Shown one piece after another: positions 38,400 to 53,776 of a DNA stretch of 64,000 nt (positions within the stretch are counted from its first letter, which is position 1; every line of letters starts with the position of its first letter). The notes under the pieces were generated by a model. The model saw only the letters and a list, made by a program, of their open reading frames with translations, made no database searches and was not told the origin of the DNA. The translations under genes and the position numbers were made by a program. Origin of the DNA: a virus; IMG/VR virus record IMGVR_UViG_3300043015_000560, positions 1 to 64,000 of that record, one strand, 5' to 3'.

Positions 38400-38840
38400 A
38401 TGTTTAATAAAGATAGCCTTAAGGCTAAAGGTAAAGTCCATGTAGTCGTTAAAGACGCTCAAGGTTTAGTAAAAGAAGAATTTACTACTAACAACCTAGT
38501 CGTTGACGCAGGTTTAGATTTTATTGCATCAAGAATGAATTCTACACCTGGAGCGATGTCACACATGGCAATTGGTTCAGACGATACAGCAGCAACTTCA
38601 GTCGATACCCAGCTGGGTAACGAACTGGCAAGAGTAGCTCTAACTTCTGATACTGTTACAAATAACTCTATTGAGTTTGTAGCATCATTTGCTGCAGGTA
38701 CAGGTACAGGAGCAATTACAGAAGCAGGCGTTCTTAACGGCGCATCTGGCGGCACTATGCTTTGCCGTACAGTGTTTTCTGTAGTTAACAAAGGCGCTCA
38801 AGATACTATGACAGTAACTTGGACCGTAACTATTTCTTAA
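38400..38840 (+). CDS. virion structural protein (tail/baseplate-associated)
   Basis: NLVVDAG..MAIGS..ITEAGV..VNKG..VTWT pattern of phage tail-associated proteins. Confidence 0.6.
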   Translation: MFNKDSLKAKGKVHVVVKDAQGLVKEEFTTNNLVVDAGLDFIASRMNSTPGAMSHMAIGSDDTAATSVDTQLGNELARVALTSDTVTNNSIEFVASFAAGTGTGAITEAGVLNGASGGTMLCRTVFSVVNKGAQDTMTVTWTVTIS

Positions 38841-38857
38841 TAGAATAGGAAAATATA

Positions 38858-40468
38858 GTGGCAGTATTACTACGACAAATTGGAAGAGCAGAGTTAGCAA
38901 GATCCTATTATAGAGATATAATTAATGGATATGATATCTTTAACTTTGCGGTAGGTAAAACTACACCTTGGGCTGATGAAGAATCGCCTGAGCTTCCAAT
39001 TGACTCAGATTTATATGTGAACAATTTCAAAAATGAAACATTGTTTCTACAAAAAATAAATCCAGCAGATATCTGTCTACTAGCAAGAAGAATTGACTGG
39101 ACTAGTGGGACTGTTTATGACACTTACGACATAAACTACTCCCCTAGTTCATTGTCATATTCAGGTGCGTCTACGTTACATGAAGCGAACTTTTATGTAA
39201 TGACAGACGAATATAAAGTGTACAAGTGTCTTGGCAACAATTATAATGCTCCAAGCACAATAAAGCCTAATAGTATTAGTTCTTCAGTACACGAAACTTC
39301 CGACGGGTATGTATGGAAATTTTTATTCCAAATTGCATCCTCGGACAGGACAAGATTTTTAGACTCCGAACATATACCAGTTAGAAAACTAACAGGAGCC
39401 CCAGAGTTCGACGTCAACGGTGAATTAGATTTAATCACCGTAACAGCGCCAGGTAGCGGGTATACCTCAGCACCGGCAGCTGTTATAACAGGAGATGGTA
39501 TTGGGGCAACCGCAGAAGTTACCGTAGTAGCAGGAGAAGTTACGGCTATTAATATTACAAATGCCGGCTCAGGTTACACCTTTGCATTCATCTCATTAGT
39601 GGGCGGCGGTGGAACTGGCGCAACAGCATCGGTATCACTCGGTGACGTTGATGCTCTCCCTTCACTCCAAACAAACGTAGAAGGTTCTGCAGTTTCTGGA
39701 ACGTTGGACAGAATTGATATTGTTACAACAGGACAGGATTATATTGCCGGCGATGCTAAATGTGTGGTTGAAGGCGACGGATCTGGAGCAGAATGTACAA
39801 TATTTGTAGCCCCAGGAACAGGAGCTATATTAGGAGTAGAGATTACAAATCCAGGATCTGGATATACATGGGTTAACGTTACAATTGTTAATACCGACCC
39901 TGCAGCCACTGGCTCGGGAGCAACGGCTCGTGGTGTTATATCTCCTCAGGGCGGACACGGATCACACCCACCCAAAGAATTGTTTGCTACTACTCTCGGT
40001 ATTACTATATCCCTTGCTGATAATAGTAACGAAGATTTGATAAAAGGAAACGATTTTAGACAAGTTGGACTAATTAAGAATGTCCAAAATTATTCAGACA
40101 GTAACATATATAATAACCTCACAGGAACAGCAAGTTTTATAGTTAATGTAGATCTAGCTGATGCTTCAAAATATGTTGAAGACGATATCATTCAAAGTAA
40201 TGATAAAGGTAGATTTAGAGTAATTACCTCAGTCGCAAATAGCGATGGATTAACTCAAGACGTATACTTACAAGGAATTGTTCCGTATATTACGGTAGCT
40301 AGTATATTAGAAAATACCACTCAAGGGGAGACTGGAATGACTATAAATAGTATTACAGCTCCCGAGGTTAATATGAAAACCGGAACTCTAGTGTATATAG
40401 AAAACAGGCCTGCTATTACAAGATCTACAGATCAGGTTGAAACTATTAAAGCTATAATTAATTTTTAG
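38858..40468 (+). CDS. gp8: baseplate wedge subunit
   Basis: RRIDWTSGTVYD, FYVMTDEYKVYKCL, DGYVWKFL, DFRQVGL, YIENRPAITRS..QVETIK. Confidence 0.88.
   Translation: MAVLLRQIGRAELARSYYRDIINGYDIFNFAVGKTTPWADEESPELPIDSDLYVNNFKNETLFLQKINPADICLLARRIDWTSGTVYDTYDINYSPSSLSYSGASTLHEANFYVMTDEYKVYKCLGNNYNAPSTIKPNSISSSVHETSDGYVWKFLFQIASSDRTRFLDSEHIPVRKLTGAPEFDVNGELDLITVTAPGSGYTSAPAAVITGDGIGATAEVTVVAGEVTAINITNAGSGYTFAFISLVGGGGTGATASVSLGDVDALPSLQTNVEGSAVSGTLDRIDIVTTGQDYIAGDAKCVVEGDGSGAECTIFVAPGTGAILGVEITNPGSGYTWVNVTIVNTDPAATGSGATARGVISPQGGHGSHPPKELFATTLGITISLADNSNEDLIKGNDFRQVGLIKNVQNYSDSNIYNNLTGTASFIVNVDLADASKYVEDDIIQSNDKGRFRVITSVANSDGLTQDVYLQGIVPYITVASILENTTQGETGMTINSITAPEVNMKTGTLVYIENRPAITRSTDQVETIKAIINF
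40342..40349 (+). promoter_or_regulatory. possible internal late promoter
   Basis: TATAAATA near the 3' end of gp8, upstream of 40478. Confidence 0.55.
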
Positions 40469-40477
40469 GAAAAATAA

Positions 40478-46681
<6,204 letters not shown>

Positions 46682-46685
46682 AATT

Positions 46686-46928
46686 ATGAAGACTATAAAT
46701 ACTACATTAATAAGCCTAGACGATTCCGCAGAGTTAAAGAGAGACCCTCACTCTAAGGCATTGTTAAGCACTAGTATTAACAAGCTCGAAGCGTATCGAG
46801 AGAAAAAGAGAGTTAATTTACAACAGAAAATGCGTATAGATCAATGCGTAGATGATATAAATACTCTTAAACAAGAGATGACAGATATTAAAGTAATGTT
46901 AACTCAAATTATTAATAAAATTAATTAG
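46686..46928 (+). CDS. small coiled-coil virion-associated protein
   Basis: LKRDPHSKALL..DINTLKQEMTDIK..L; ATG 46686. Confidence 0.7.
   Translation: MKTINTTLISLDDSAELKRDPHSKALLSTSINKLEAYREKKRVNLQQKMRIDQCVDDINTLKQEMTDIKVMLTQIINKIN
46856..46863 (+). promoter_or_regulatory. possible late promoter for fibre genes
   Basis: TATAAATA upstream of 46940; a second copy at 46694-46701. Confidence 0.55.
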
Positions 46929-46939
46929 AAGGTAAAGAC

Positions 46940-47440
46940 ATGGCAACAATTACATTAAGATCAGTTAAGGGTAGTCCTTTAACTAATAATGAAGTCGATA
47001 CAAACTTTACCAACCTAAATACTGACAAATACCAATCCGGGGACTCAATCGTAGCCGCTGATTTAACAGCATCCGGAGATTTTTCAGTAACCGGTGAGAC
47101 TAAGCTTGGTACTACTTCGGGTGTTACAGCAGCAGGAACAACACAAGGTGACGCAACAGCGTTAACAAAAACCTTCCACGTTGTAACTAATGCGACGGCA
47201 GCACAAGGTGTCAAACTACCAGCAGCAGAAACCGGTAAGGTTGTTACAGTATTAAACGACACTTTGGTAAGTATTAAACTATGGCCTGAATCGGGCGATC
47301 AAATAGACGGTGGTAGCGTAGACGCAGCTAGAGATCTAGGTCCTGGCATGACTCTGAGGCTTGTAGCGATCTCAGGCGTTAAATGGAATTCGCTTTCAGA
47401 TACACTAATTTTTAACAGCTCAGGCACGAGGATTAATTAA
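46940..47440 (+). CDS. short fibre/adaptor protein
   Basis: N-terminal LRSVKGSPLTNNEVDTNFTNLN fibre-anchor motif; C-terminal IFNSSGTRIN. Confidence 0.65.
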   Translation: MATITLRSVKGSPLTNNEVDTNFTNLNTDKYQSGDSIVAADLTASGDFSVTGETKLGTTSGVTAAGTTQGDATALTKTFHVVTNATAAQGVKLPAAETGKVVTVLNDTLVSIKLWPESGDQIDGGSVDAARDLGPGMTLRLVAISGVKWNSLSDTLIFNSSGTRIN

Positions 47441-47442
47441 GA

Positions 47443-48834
47443 ATGAGACCTTTACGAATCAAAGCATCAGGCACTCCTATAACAGGTGCAAATTACCAGG
47501 GCTTACAAGAGATGAGCGATGGTGAAATTAATCAATATCTCTCAAATGTTATTACACAAAAGTTTGCCGATGACTCTGATGGTACAGGCACAGCTGAGTT
47601 AAACATTAACGGATCGGGTACTGGCATTGGTACATTCGTTGATACACAAAGAAACGATGCAATTGGCGCTCACCCTTCAGGTGGAGCTACCACAACTACT
47701 AATTACGCATTTAACCAAGTAACAACAGCAGCAACCGAAAGTATTACTGATAGAGTAGTTGGTTGGGATAACGCAATCAAACAAATGACTGACGGCGACT
47801 TAGATACTGACGTTTTAGATAAAGCGATTGATAGTATGGTTACCGAATCAGATTACACCGTTGGACAGTATTCACTTAGACCTACTGCTCCTACAGGCGG
47901 CACGTGGACATCTAGATATACAATTACAGACACCGCACAAGGCGGCAACTCCACAACTTACTTGTGGCAAAAGACTGCACCTACATCTAGCCCCAACTCA
48001 GATTTAGCAGCACTTAAAACTGACGGATCTTCTGTTAGAATGATGAGCGATGCAGAAATGGAACAGATGGTTCCTAGTTTTAGAAATAGAATCATAGATA
48101 CAAATATCGGAACATACAAGGTACAACAATCTGCTCCTTCATCTGGTGGTACTTGGGTACAGATGGGAGATTCCTTTAGTAACACTCAACAGGAAATAGA
48201 ATCTGAAAACTATGTAGGGAACTACACAGGATCTTACACCGGGGCTTATAACCAGGCGTTCTCAGGAACATATGCAGGTAACTACACGGGCGCCAAAACA
48301 TACACCGGTAACTATTCTGGAACATATGCAGGTAACTACGTGGGTGGTTATGTGGGCGCCAAAACATACAGTGGAAGCTACTCAGGTAACTACGCAGGAT
48401 CGTATCAAGGTAACTATGCAGGAACTTCAGCATATGCTGGAAACTATTCTGGATCGTATCAAGGTAACTATGTTCTATATTACGCAGGTTATGCACACGC
48501 TACATATACAGGATACTATTCTGGAACGTATACGGGTTACTACACAGGACCTAAGACATACACCGGGTACTACACTGGAACGTATACTGGTTACTACACA
48601 GGTAACTATGTAGGAACTTCAGCATATTCCGGAACCTATACAGGTTACTATGATGGAACCTATACAGGTAACTATGTAGGAACTTCAGCATATACAGGTT
48701 ACTACACCGGCTCATATACTGGGTATTTCTCAGGATCGTATTCAGGCACATATGCCGGAACATACGCAGGCGACACTATTCAAGCGAGTAAAGAAACACT
48801 TTCAACCATTGCACTTTGGTTGAGAACTGCTTAA
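47443..48834 (+). CDS. fibre-tip protein with YxGx repeat insertion
   Basis: GGTWVQMG and terminal LWLRTA resemble a collar/gp10-C-like domain flanking 188 aa of YxGx repeats. Confidence 0.65.
   Translation: MRPLRIKASGTPITGANYQGLQEMSDGEINQYLSNVITQKFADDSDGTGTAELNINGSGTGIGTFVDTQRNDAIGAHPSGGATTTTNYAFNQVTTAATESITDRVVGWDNAIKQMTDGDLDTDVLDKAIDSMVTESDYTVGQYSLRPTAPTGGTWTSRYTITDTAQGGNSTTYLWQKTAPTSSPNSDLAALKTDGSSVRMMSDAEMEQMVPSFRNRIIDTNIGTYKVQQSAPSSGGTWVQMGDSFSNTQQEIESENYVGNYTGSYTGAYNQAFSGTYAGNYTGAKTYTGNYSGTYAGNYVGGYVGAKTYSGSYSGNYAGSYQGNYAGTSAYAGNYSGSYQGNYVLYYAGYAHATYTGYYSGTYTGYYTGPKTYTGYYTGTYTGYYTGNYVGTSAYSGTYTGYYDGTYTGNYVGTSAYTGYYTGSYTGYFSGSYSGTYAGTYAGDTIQASKETLSTIALWLRTA
48211..48774 (+). repeat. 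mirror-symmetric YxGx tetrapeptide array
   Basis: 44 tetrads in blocks 7-5-5-10-5-5-7 separated by six KT/SA dipeptides. Confidence 0.9.
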
Positions 48835-48841
48835 ATAGGAC

Positions 48842-48870
48842 TTGACAAGGCATTATATATAAGTTATAAT
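48842..48870 (+). promoter_or_regulatory. sigma70-type promoter for rightward modification operon
   Basis: TTGACA-17 bp-TATAAT perfect consensus. Confidence 0.85.
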
Positions 48871-48901
48871 GCCGTTATACATTTTAATTATGGAGTAAAT
48901 T

Positions 48902-49396
48902 ATGGCGAGAAGTAAAAAGAAGTTTGATGTCAAAGATGTCAAAGTTGAACTAATCGATCCTAAAAAAGCAAAAAAAGAACCTACCAAATTTGAATTTCCG
49001 TATTGGTCCAATAAGGAAGCAAAGCATCTTATTGCTACTATTGTTATGCCAGATGGCAGACGTAGCCTCGCTTCTATTATGGATAAGGATGGAACGAATC
49101 CCGACTATCTAGCAATACTAGAACAATTCACCGAAGAACAAATTGACGAAAATACCGCAGAGGGTCTAAAGCGCAGAAACGAAAATGTGCGTAGACAAAT
49201 GGAAAGGCGAGAAGCCGAAGCAGCAAGAGCACAACAAGAATCACTGTTTGCATCAAAGTTGGAAGCATTTGAAATACCTCTTATTAAAAACTCTACCAAC
49301 GTCGAGTTTAAAAAACTAATTCGAAAGTCCAAATCTCCTATGGAGGTAGCAGCATACGCTACGATATTGTTACAAAAAGAATTAGAATCCGAATAG
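48902..49396 (+). CDS. hypothetical protein (possible fibre chaperone)
   Basis: GGAG RBS; charged helical C-terminus; follows fibre-tip gene. Confidence 0.55.
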   Translation: MARSKKKFDVKDVKVELIDPKKAKKEPTKFEFPYWSNKEAKHLIATIVMPDGRRSLASIMDKDGTNPDYLAILEQFTEEQIDENTAEGLKRRNENVRRQMERREAEAARAQQESLFASKLEAFEIPLIKNSTNVEFKKLIRKSKSPMEVAAYATILLQKELESE

Positions 49397-49405
49397 GAAT
49401 ATATT

Positions 49406-50134
49406 ATGTCTAAGCGAGAAGGCGACGGTTTTGTAATTGTCGCAACTAAAATGCCAGGCTACTTTAGAGCCGCAATCAAACTAGCAGAGTCTATTATAGA
49501 CTTTTGGCCCGAAGCTAAAATTACTTTCTACACAGAAGAAAAATGGGTAGACACCGCACACCCAGAGTGCGAACTAAAACCTGGACAATATCAATTATTT
49601 GATAATGTAATTACATGGGAAGTCCCTAGTCATATTAGAGCTAAACTCTGGGCACTAGAACATACTCCATACGAAAGAACTTGTTATTTAGATTGTGATA
49701 TGGAATGTTGGCATGAAGATATCCAAGATGTTTTTGATCTACTCGGCGATAAAGATTTAGTCTTTACAAAGATAAGACCTTACAATGCCAAACTAACAAA
49801 ACTTTCAAACACAGAAGAAATGACTATGCACTGTGGTTGGTTTGTTTACAACGACAAACCTGATACACTGGCTCTAATGAGTGCGTGGTATGGTGAATAC
49901 TTACACCAACAAACAAAAGAATATGATATCGCACATTATCCTATAGACGCAATTAAATGGGATACTTTTACAATGTGGCGACTATTAACTTACAGCGATC
50001 ATAAAGTAAATTGGGGATTTATTAATGAGCCTGACGCAAGGTGGAACTTTGTAAACGGATACAAGGATGAAGAACTTCAAGGGACTGACATCGTTTTATA
50101 CCACTACACAATTCCTAATTGGCAGCTTAAGTAA
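49406..50134 (+). CDS. GT-A fold glycosyltransferase (GT8-like)
   Basis: KLWALEHTPYERTCYLDCD (DxD), HCGWFVY, DARWNF, LYHY. Confidence 0.75.
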   Translation: MSKREGDGFVIVATKMPGYFRAAIKLAESIIDFWPEAKITFYTEEKWVDTAHPECELKPGQYQLFDNVITWEVPSHIRAKLWALEHTPYERTCYLDCDMECWHEDIQDVFDLLGDKDLVFTKIRPYNAKLTKLSNTEEMTMHCGWFVYNDKPDTLALMSAWYGEYLHQQTKEYDIAHYPIDAIKWDTFTMWRLLTYSDHKVNWGFINEPDARWNFVNGYKDEELQGTDIVLYHYTIPNWQLK

Positions 50135-50757
50135 TGAGTGAAGTCGAGCAGTGGAAACTTTACAATGAGTGGACATACGACAACTTCTTTTCAGAAATTA
50201 AAGAGACAGATTCAGTTTTAGAATTGGGACCTTTAATCGGATTCCACACAGAACTTATCCAAAGAAGAAAACCAAAAATTCTTAAGGTTGTAGAACCTAA
50301 CACAGGTGACGCACTAGAGGCTTTAAAGGTTAAGACATCATTAAGTGATAATCAAATATACAATGGCACTGCAAATGATTATTACAAAGAACATAATGAG
50401 ACATTTGATACGGTAGTTTGTTGCGGACTACTTTATCACTTGCTAGCACCAGAACACTTGTTAGAGCAGATAGTAAACCGATCTAAACCTAAAAGAATTA
50501 TTATATCTAATTTAGAAGCAAAAGATTCTATTGTCAAGTATAATACTAGGGAAGATGGTAGAGAGGCGTTTGCTAGATCTGATGATAAAGGAATAACTAA
50601 ACCTATTAGATATGGAGTTTCTTTATCTGCAGATACAACACGAGGTATGTTAGAAAGTGTTGGTTATAAATGTTTGAGAAACTTAAATACAGTAGGTATC
50701 TGGGATAAGTATATATATTATTGGCAACTATATGAGGTAGACAATGAAATGGGTTAA
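50134..50757 (+). CDS. class I SAM-dependent methyltransferase
   Basis: VLELGPLIG, VVEPN, FDTVVCCGLLYHL. Confidence 0.8.
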   Translation: MSEVEQWKLYNEWTYDNFFSEIKETDSVLELGPLIGFHTELIQRRKPKILKVVEPNTGDALEALKVKTSLSDNQIYNGTANDYYKEHNETFDTVVCCGLLYHLLAPEHLLEQIVNRSKPKRIIISNLEAKDSIVKYNTREDGREAFARSDDKGITKPIRYGVSLSADTTRGMLESVGYKCLRNLNTVGIWDKYIYYWQLYEVDNEMG

Positions 50758-51394
50758 CATAAGCGACGAGCTATTAGATATTCTTCAACCGTACACCGAC
50801 TGGTTTTTTAGTCAAGACTTAACTGAACTTGAAAAACATATTGACGGGAAAAGAGCAGGCGACGAAACTATAGATACTGCCTGTGAAAAAGAATACTTAG
50901 ATATGATTGTTGCAAAGGATGGCGCCCATGTTGGATACCCAGAACATACAAAATCTATAGATATATTAATGGACGAAAGAACTCCTCGTGAACACAGAGA
51001 AAAGTGTCAAGAGTTAAATAGAGAATTGTGTGCTTACTTAGGTGCTAGAAATCAAGCAGTTCAAGTTTACTATCCTAAAGACGGATTTATGGCCTGGCAC
51101 AATAACTGGAATGCATCTGGCTATAATATTCTTTTATCTTATAGTCCAACGGGTAATGGATTCTTTAAGTATTTAGATCCTAAAACTAAAGAACTTGTTA
51201 CAATGAAAGATAAAGCAGGTTGGGCTTGTAAAGTAGGATACTACGGAAGGGGTAGAGAACCTGACAAAGTTTATTACCATTGTGCAGGTTCATATGAAGA
51301 TCGCCTTACTTTAGGGTTTGTTATTCCACATTTAGAATTGTGGCGTAACATGATTGAAGATATCTCAGGAGAAGATGCTACTTCTTACCAATAG
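50744..51394 (+). CDS. putative 2OG-Fe(II) oxygenase / cupin-fold protein
   Basis: YYPKDGFMAWHNN...YHCA...RLTLGF jelly-roll pattern; HxN in place of HxD. Confidence 0.5.
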   Translation: MKWVNISDELLDILQPYTDWFFSQDLTELEKHIDGKRAGDETIDTACEKEYLDMIVAKDGAHVGYPEHTKSIDILMDERTPREHREKCQELNRELCAYLGARNQAVQVYYPKDGFMAWHNNWNASGYNILLSYSPTGNGFFKYLDPKTKELVTMKDKAGWACKVGYYGRGREPDKVYYHCAGSYEDRLTLGFVIPHLELWRNMIEDISGEDATSYQ

Positions 51395-52055
51395 CCATAA
51401 ATCTATCGTAAAACTTTTTACCGTCCCACGAATAATAATATTGAATTGTCTTGCCACTATAATAAGTGTCCTTTAATCCTATATTTTCTATTAGCGCAAG
51501 TTCGCTATCAACACAATTAATGCCGTACATTTCTTCCATTACGTTAGAAGACTGACAAGCAAATATTGCATGCTTGTTAGCAGTATAAAGATCTTGTAAC
51601 GGATACATCTGTTCGCACCCTAAAGATATAACAACATCTACATTCATCTGATTAAGTTCGTCAAACGCAAAAGGAACATCTAAGTTCCAGTGATTAATCT
51701 TAATGAACTCTTCTTTAATATAATGCCCATTAAAAACTTTAGATAACTCTAAAGCCTCAGGATCAATATCGACCAAGTGTAGTTGCCCTACAGATAAGTT
51801 TTCACAAAGCAGAGGCACTAAAGGAATACCTAACCAAGAATTTAGAACAAGAATATTCAATCCTTCTTCTTTCATATAGTGTTCTTCTAGAACTTTCTTT
51901 AGTTCTTCCACCATCCAAATACCTGCTTCCATAGTATTCGGATTGAGAGCCTGTCTAAAGTCCTCATGTTTATGCTTCATTTCATGTTCGACTTTAGCTA
52001 GTCCATCGCCCCAGTGTTGGAGACTGTTTAAAAAATTATAGTTCAAATTTGACAT
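51378..52055 (-). CDS. methyltransferase-like protein, paralog of 904-1497 with degenerate motif I
   Basis: LNSWLG, VDIDP, DVVISLGCEQM, CQSSN, RFMAIGKK; ATG 52055. Confidence 0.6.
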   Translation of the reverse strand: MSNLNYNFLNSLQHWGDGLAKVEHEMKHKHEDFRQALNPNTMEAGIWMVEELKKVLEEHYMKEEGLNILVLNSWLGIPLVPLLCENLSVGQLHLVDIDPEALELSKVFNGHYIKEEFIKINHWNLDVPFAFDELNQMNVDVVISLGCEQMYPLQDLYTANKHAIFACQSSNVMEEMYGINCVDSELALIENIGLKDTYYSGKTIQYYYSWDGKKFYDRFMAIGKK

Positions 52056-52725
52056 CTTCTTTCCTTCCCATTGAATCAAATAAACAAACGTAAGGCATTT
52101 GTCTATAGACTTGTTTTTCTGTATCATGGGGCCAAATATAACCTTGGTTATAACTGTACGCCCACCCAATTGGAAAATATTTAATCCTAGCAACACCGCG
52201 GTGTCCGAAGAAATTATCTATTCCCCTGTAATACCAAAGTATCTGTTTTAGATGCTTGTTAAGATATAAAGTAATATCTTCGGTATTTAAATTATCATTC
52301 CATCTTAAAACTGACGAGTTCAAGTCAGTATACTTATGTGGAATGTGTCTTGTATCTTTATATTGAGTTTCCATATCATGCCAGTGTGTCTTAATGAAAC
52401 ACAAACAATCCTCAGGATCAAACTCAACCCATTCGTCTAAGTTTCTTTGAATGATAACATCTAAGTCGAAAAACATTTTCTCGCCCTTTTGACGAACTAC
52501 ATTATCATCAAACAAGTACATTTTATTCCACCACTTTTCTAAGTTATTATTTTTAGGTAGTGGAATAACATTTATATCTTCAGACAATCCTCTAGGGTCT
52601 TCTGTTAAACAAAAGAACTTAAACTCTGAGCTAATGTTCTTAACACAGGATTCGTAAATTGCTTGAACGTGCTTGTGGGAATACTTGTTTCCCCACTTCA
52701 CGGTATAAATGTTTATCATTGCCAA
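52036..52725 (-). CDS. GT-A fold glycosyltransferase
   Basis: KWGNKY, WWNKMYLF, FFDLDV (DxD), NSSVLRW, GIDNF, YSY. Confidence 0.7.
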   Translation of the reverse strand: MAMINIYTVKWGNKYSHKHVQAIYESCVKNISSEFKFFCLTEDPRGLSEDINVIPLPKNNNLEKWWNKMYLFDDNVVRQKGEKMFFDLDVIIQRNLDEWVEFDPEDCLCFIKTHWHDMETQYKDTRHIPHKYTDLNSSVLRWNDNLNTEDITLYLNKHLKQILWYYRGIDNFFGHRGVARIKYFPIGWAYSYNQGYIWPHDTEKQVYRQMPYVCLFDSMGRKEDVKFEL

Positions 52726-53528
52726 TGCTTTAATAGTTTAGGATCTACCAACTCATCTTGTTTGGTGTGTCCTCTACTCTTATCCTCAAATGGTAGTAAG
52801 TCTACATTAAACACGCAAACAATACAACCTTCTCTATAAACTCCGACATCCATATCACCACTGTCCCAATCTCTACCTCTGTTATACGAATAGGCGTATT
52901 CAGATGGGAAGTAGTCCCACAGGTTTTCACCATAGATGCCCCATTTCCAACTGTGATAGTTATCTGTTCCGTCGGTATAAGTGAACCATATCTTTTCTTG
53001 ATTCTCTAATACATCGTTCCAAATAATCTCACATTGATCATCGCTCCAAACTTGACAGGACCCGTTTGTGTATGCGCCGTGTGAAAGTTTGAATCTTCGT
53101 GTTTTCATTGGGCGGGGATCTTGCCACCATGAACGCATCTTTGTAGGACGCTCCATGTTGTAAGTAATGATAGGTTCTAAATCACGTTGAATGATGACAT
53201 CCAAGTCAAAGAAAATAAAGCGGCCAGTAGGTTTATCGTCTGCAAAATTATGAGTATTGAATACAAACGTCTTGGGTCTATCCCAACATCTTGCCATGCC
53301 GTACTTGAAGTTGTCGCCACCAAACCAATACTTAGGATGGATATTGGGAATATCAGGAAAATCAATAACTTTAATATCATCTAAAAGTCCTTCTGCATCG
53401 TCGGTATAACAATAAAAATGAAAGTCGTGTTTTTTGTCGACATGCCGTTTCGTCATGTTATACAAACGATTAACAAAATGAGGCCCATACTTTGAGCCCC
53501 ATTTAGAGCAGACTATATTTACCCTCAT
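52716..53528 (-). CDS. GT-A fold glycosyltransferase
   Basis: KWGSKY, CYTDD, FFDLDV, NGSCQVW, GTDNY, YSYNRG. Confidence 0.7.
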   Translation of the reverse strand: MRVNIVCSKWGSKYGPHFVNRLYNMTKRHVDKKHDFHFYCYTDDAEGLLDDIKVIDFPDIPNIHPKYWFGGDNFKYGMARCWDRPKTFVFNTHNFADDKPTGRFIFFDLDVIIQRDLEPIITYNMERPTKMRSWWQDPRPMKTRRFKLSHGAYTNGSCQVWSDDQCEIIWNDVLENQEKIWFTYTDGTDNYHSWKWGIYGENLWDYFPSEYAYSYNRGRDWDSGDMDVGVYREGCIVCVFNVDLLPFEDKSRGHTKQDELVDPKLLKHWQ

Positions 53529-53776
53529 AGTTCTTCCACGACGTGTTGAATGACAAAATCTCTACCATACATCAAGCTATAGTTAACTAGCTCAGAAACA
53601 ATATCCTTTGTCTTTTCCTCAAATTGATTTTTATTACAATGAACGACAATAGAAACAAACTTGCCGTTTCTAACAGAGTCGATTACATCGTCCGTATCTT
53701 TTTTATCCCAAGTATCAAAGGATCCAAAATACGCATCCGCTTTCCTTGTTGATTTATACATTTTTGCACGCTCCAC
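53525..53776 (-). CDS. hypothetical protein
   Basis: Short ORF overlapping neighbours in the operon. Confidence 0.5.
   Translation of the reverse strand: MERAKMYKSTRKADAYFGSFDTWDKKDTDDVIDSVRNGKFVSIVVHCNKNQFEEKTKDIVSELVNYSLMYGRDFVIQHVVEEL

Noticed and set aside
48211-48774. CRISPR array or ice-nucleation protein
   Set aside because: Repeats are degenerate, in frame and have no spacers; the period is 4 aa YxGx, not the 8/16-aa AGYGSTxTA pattern
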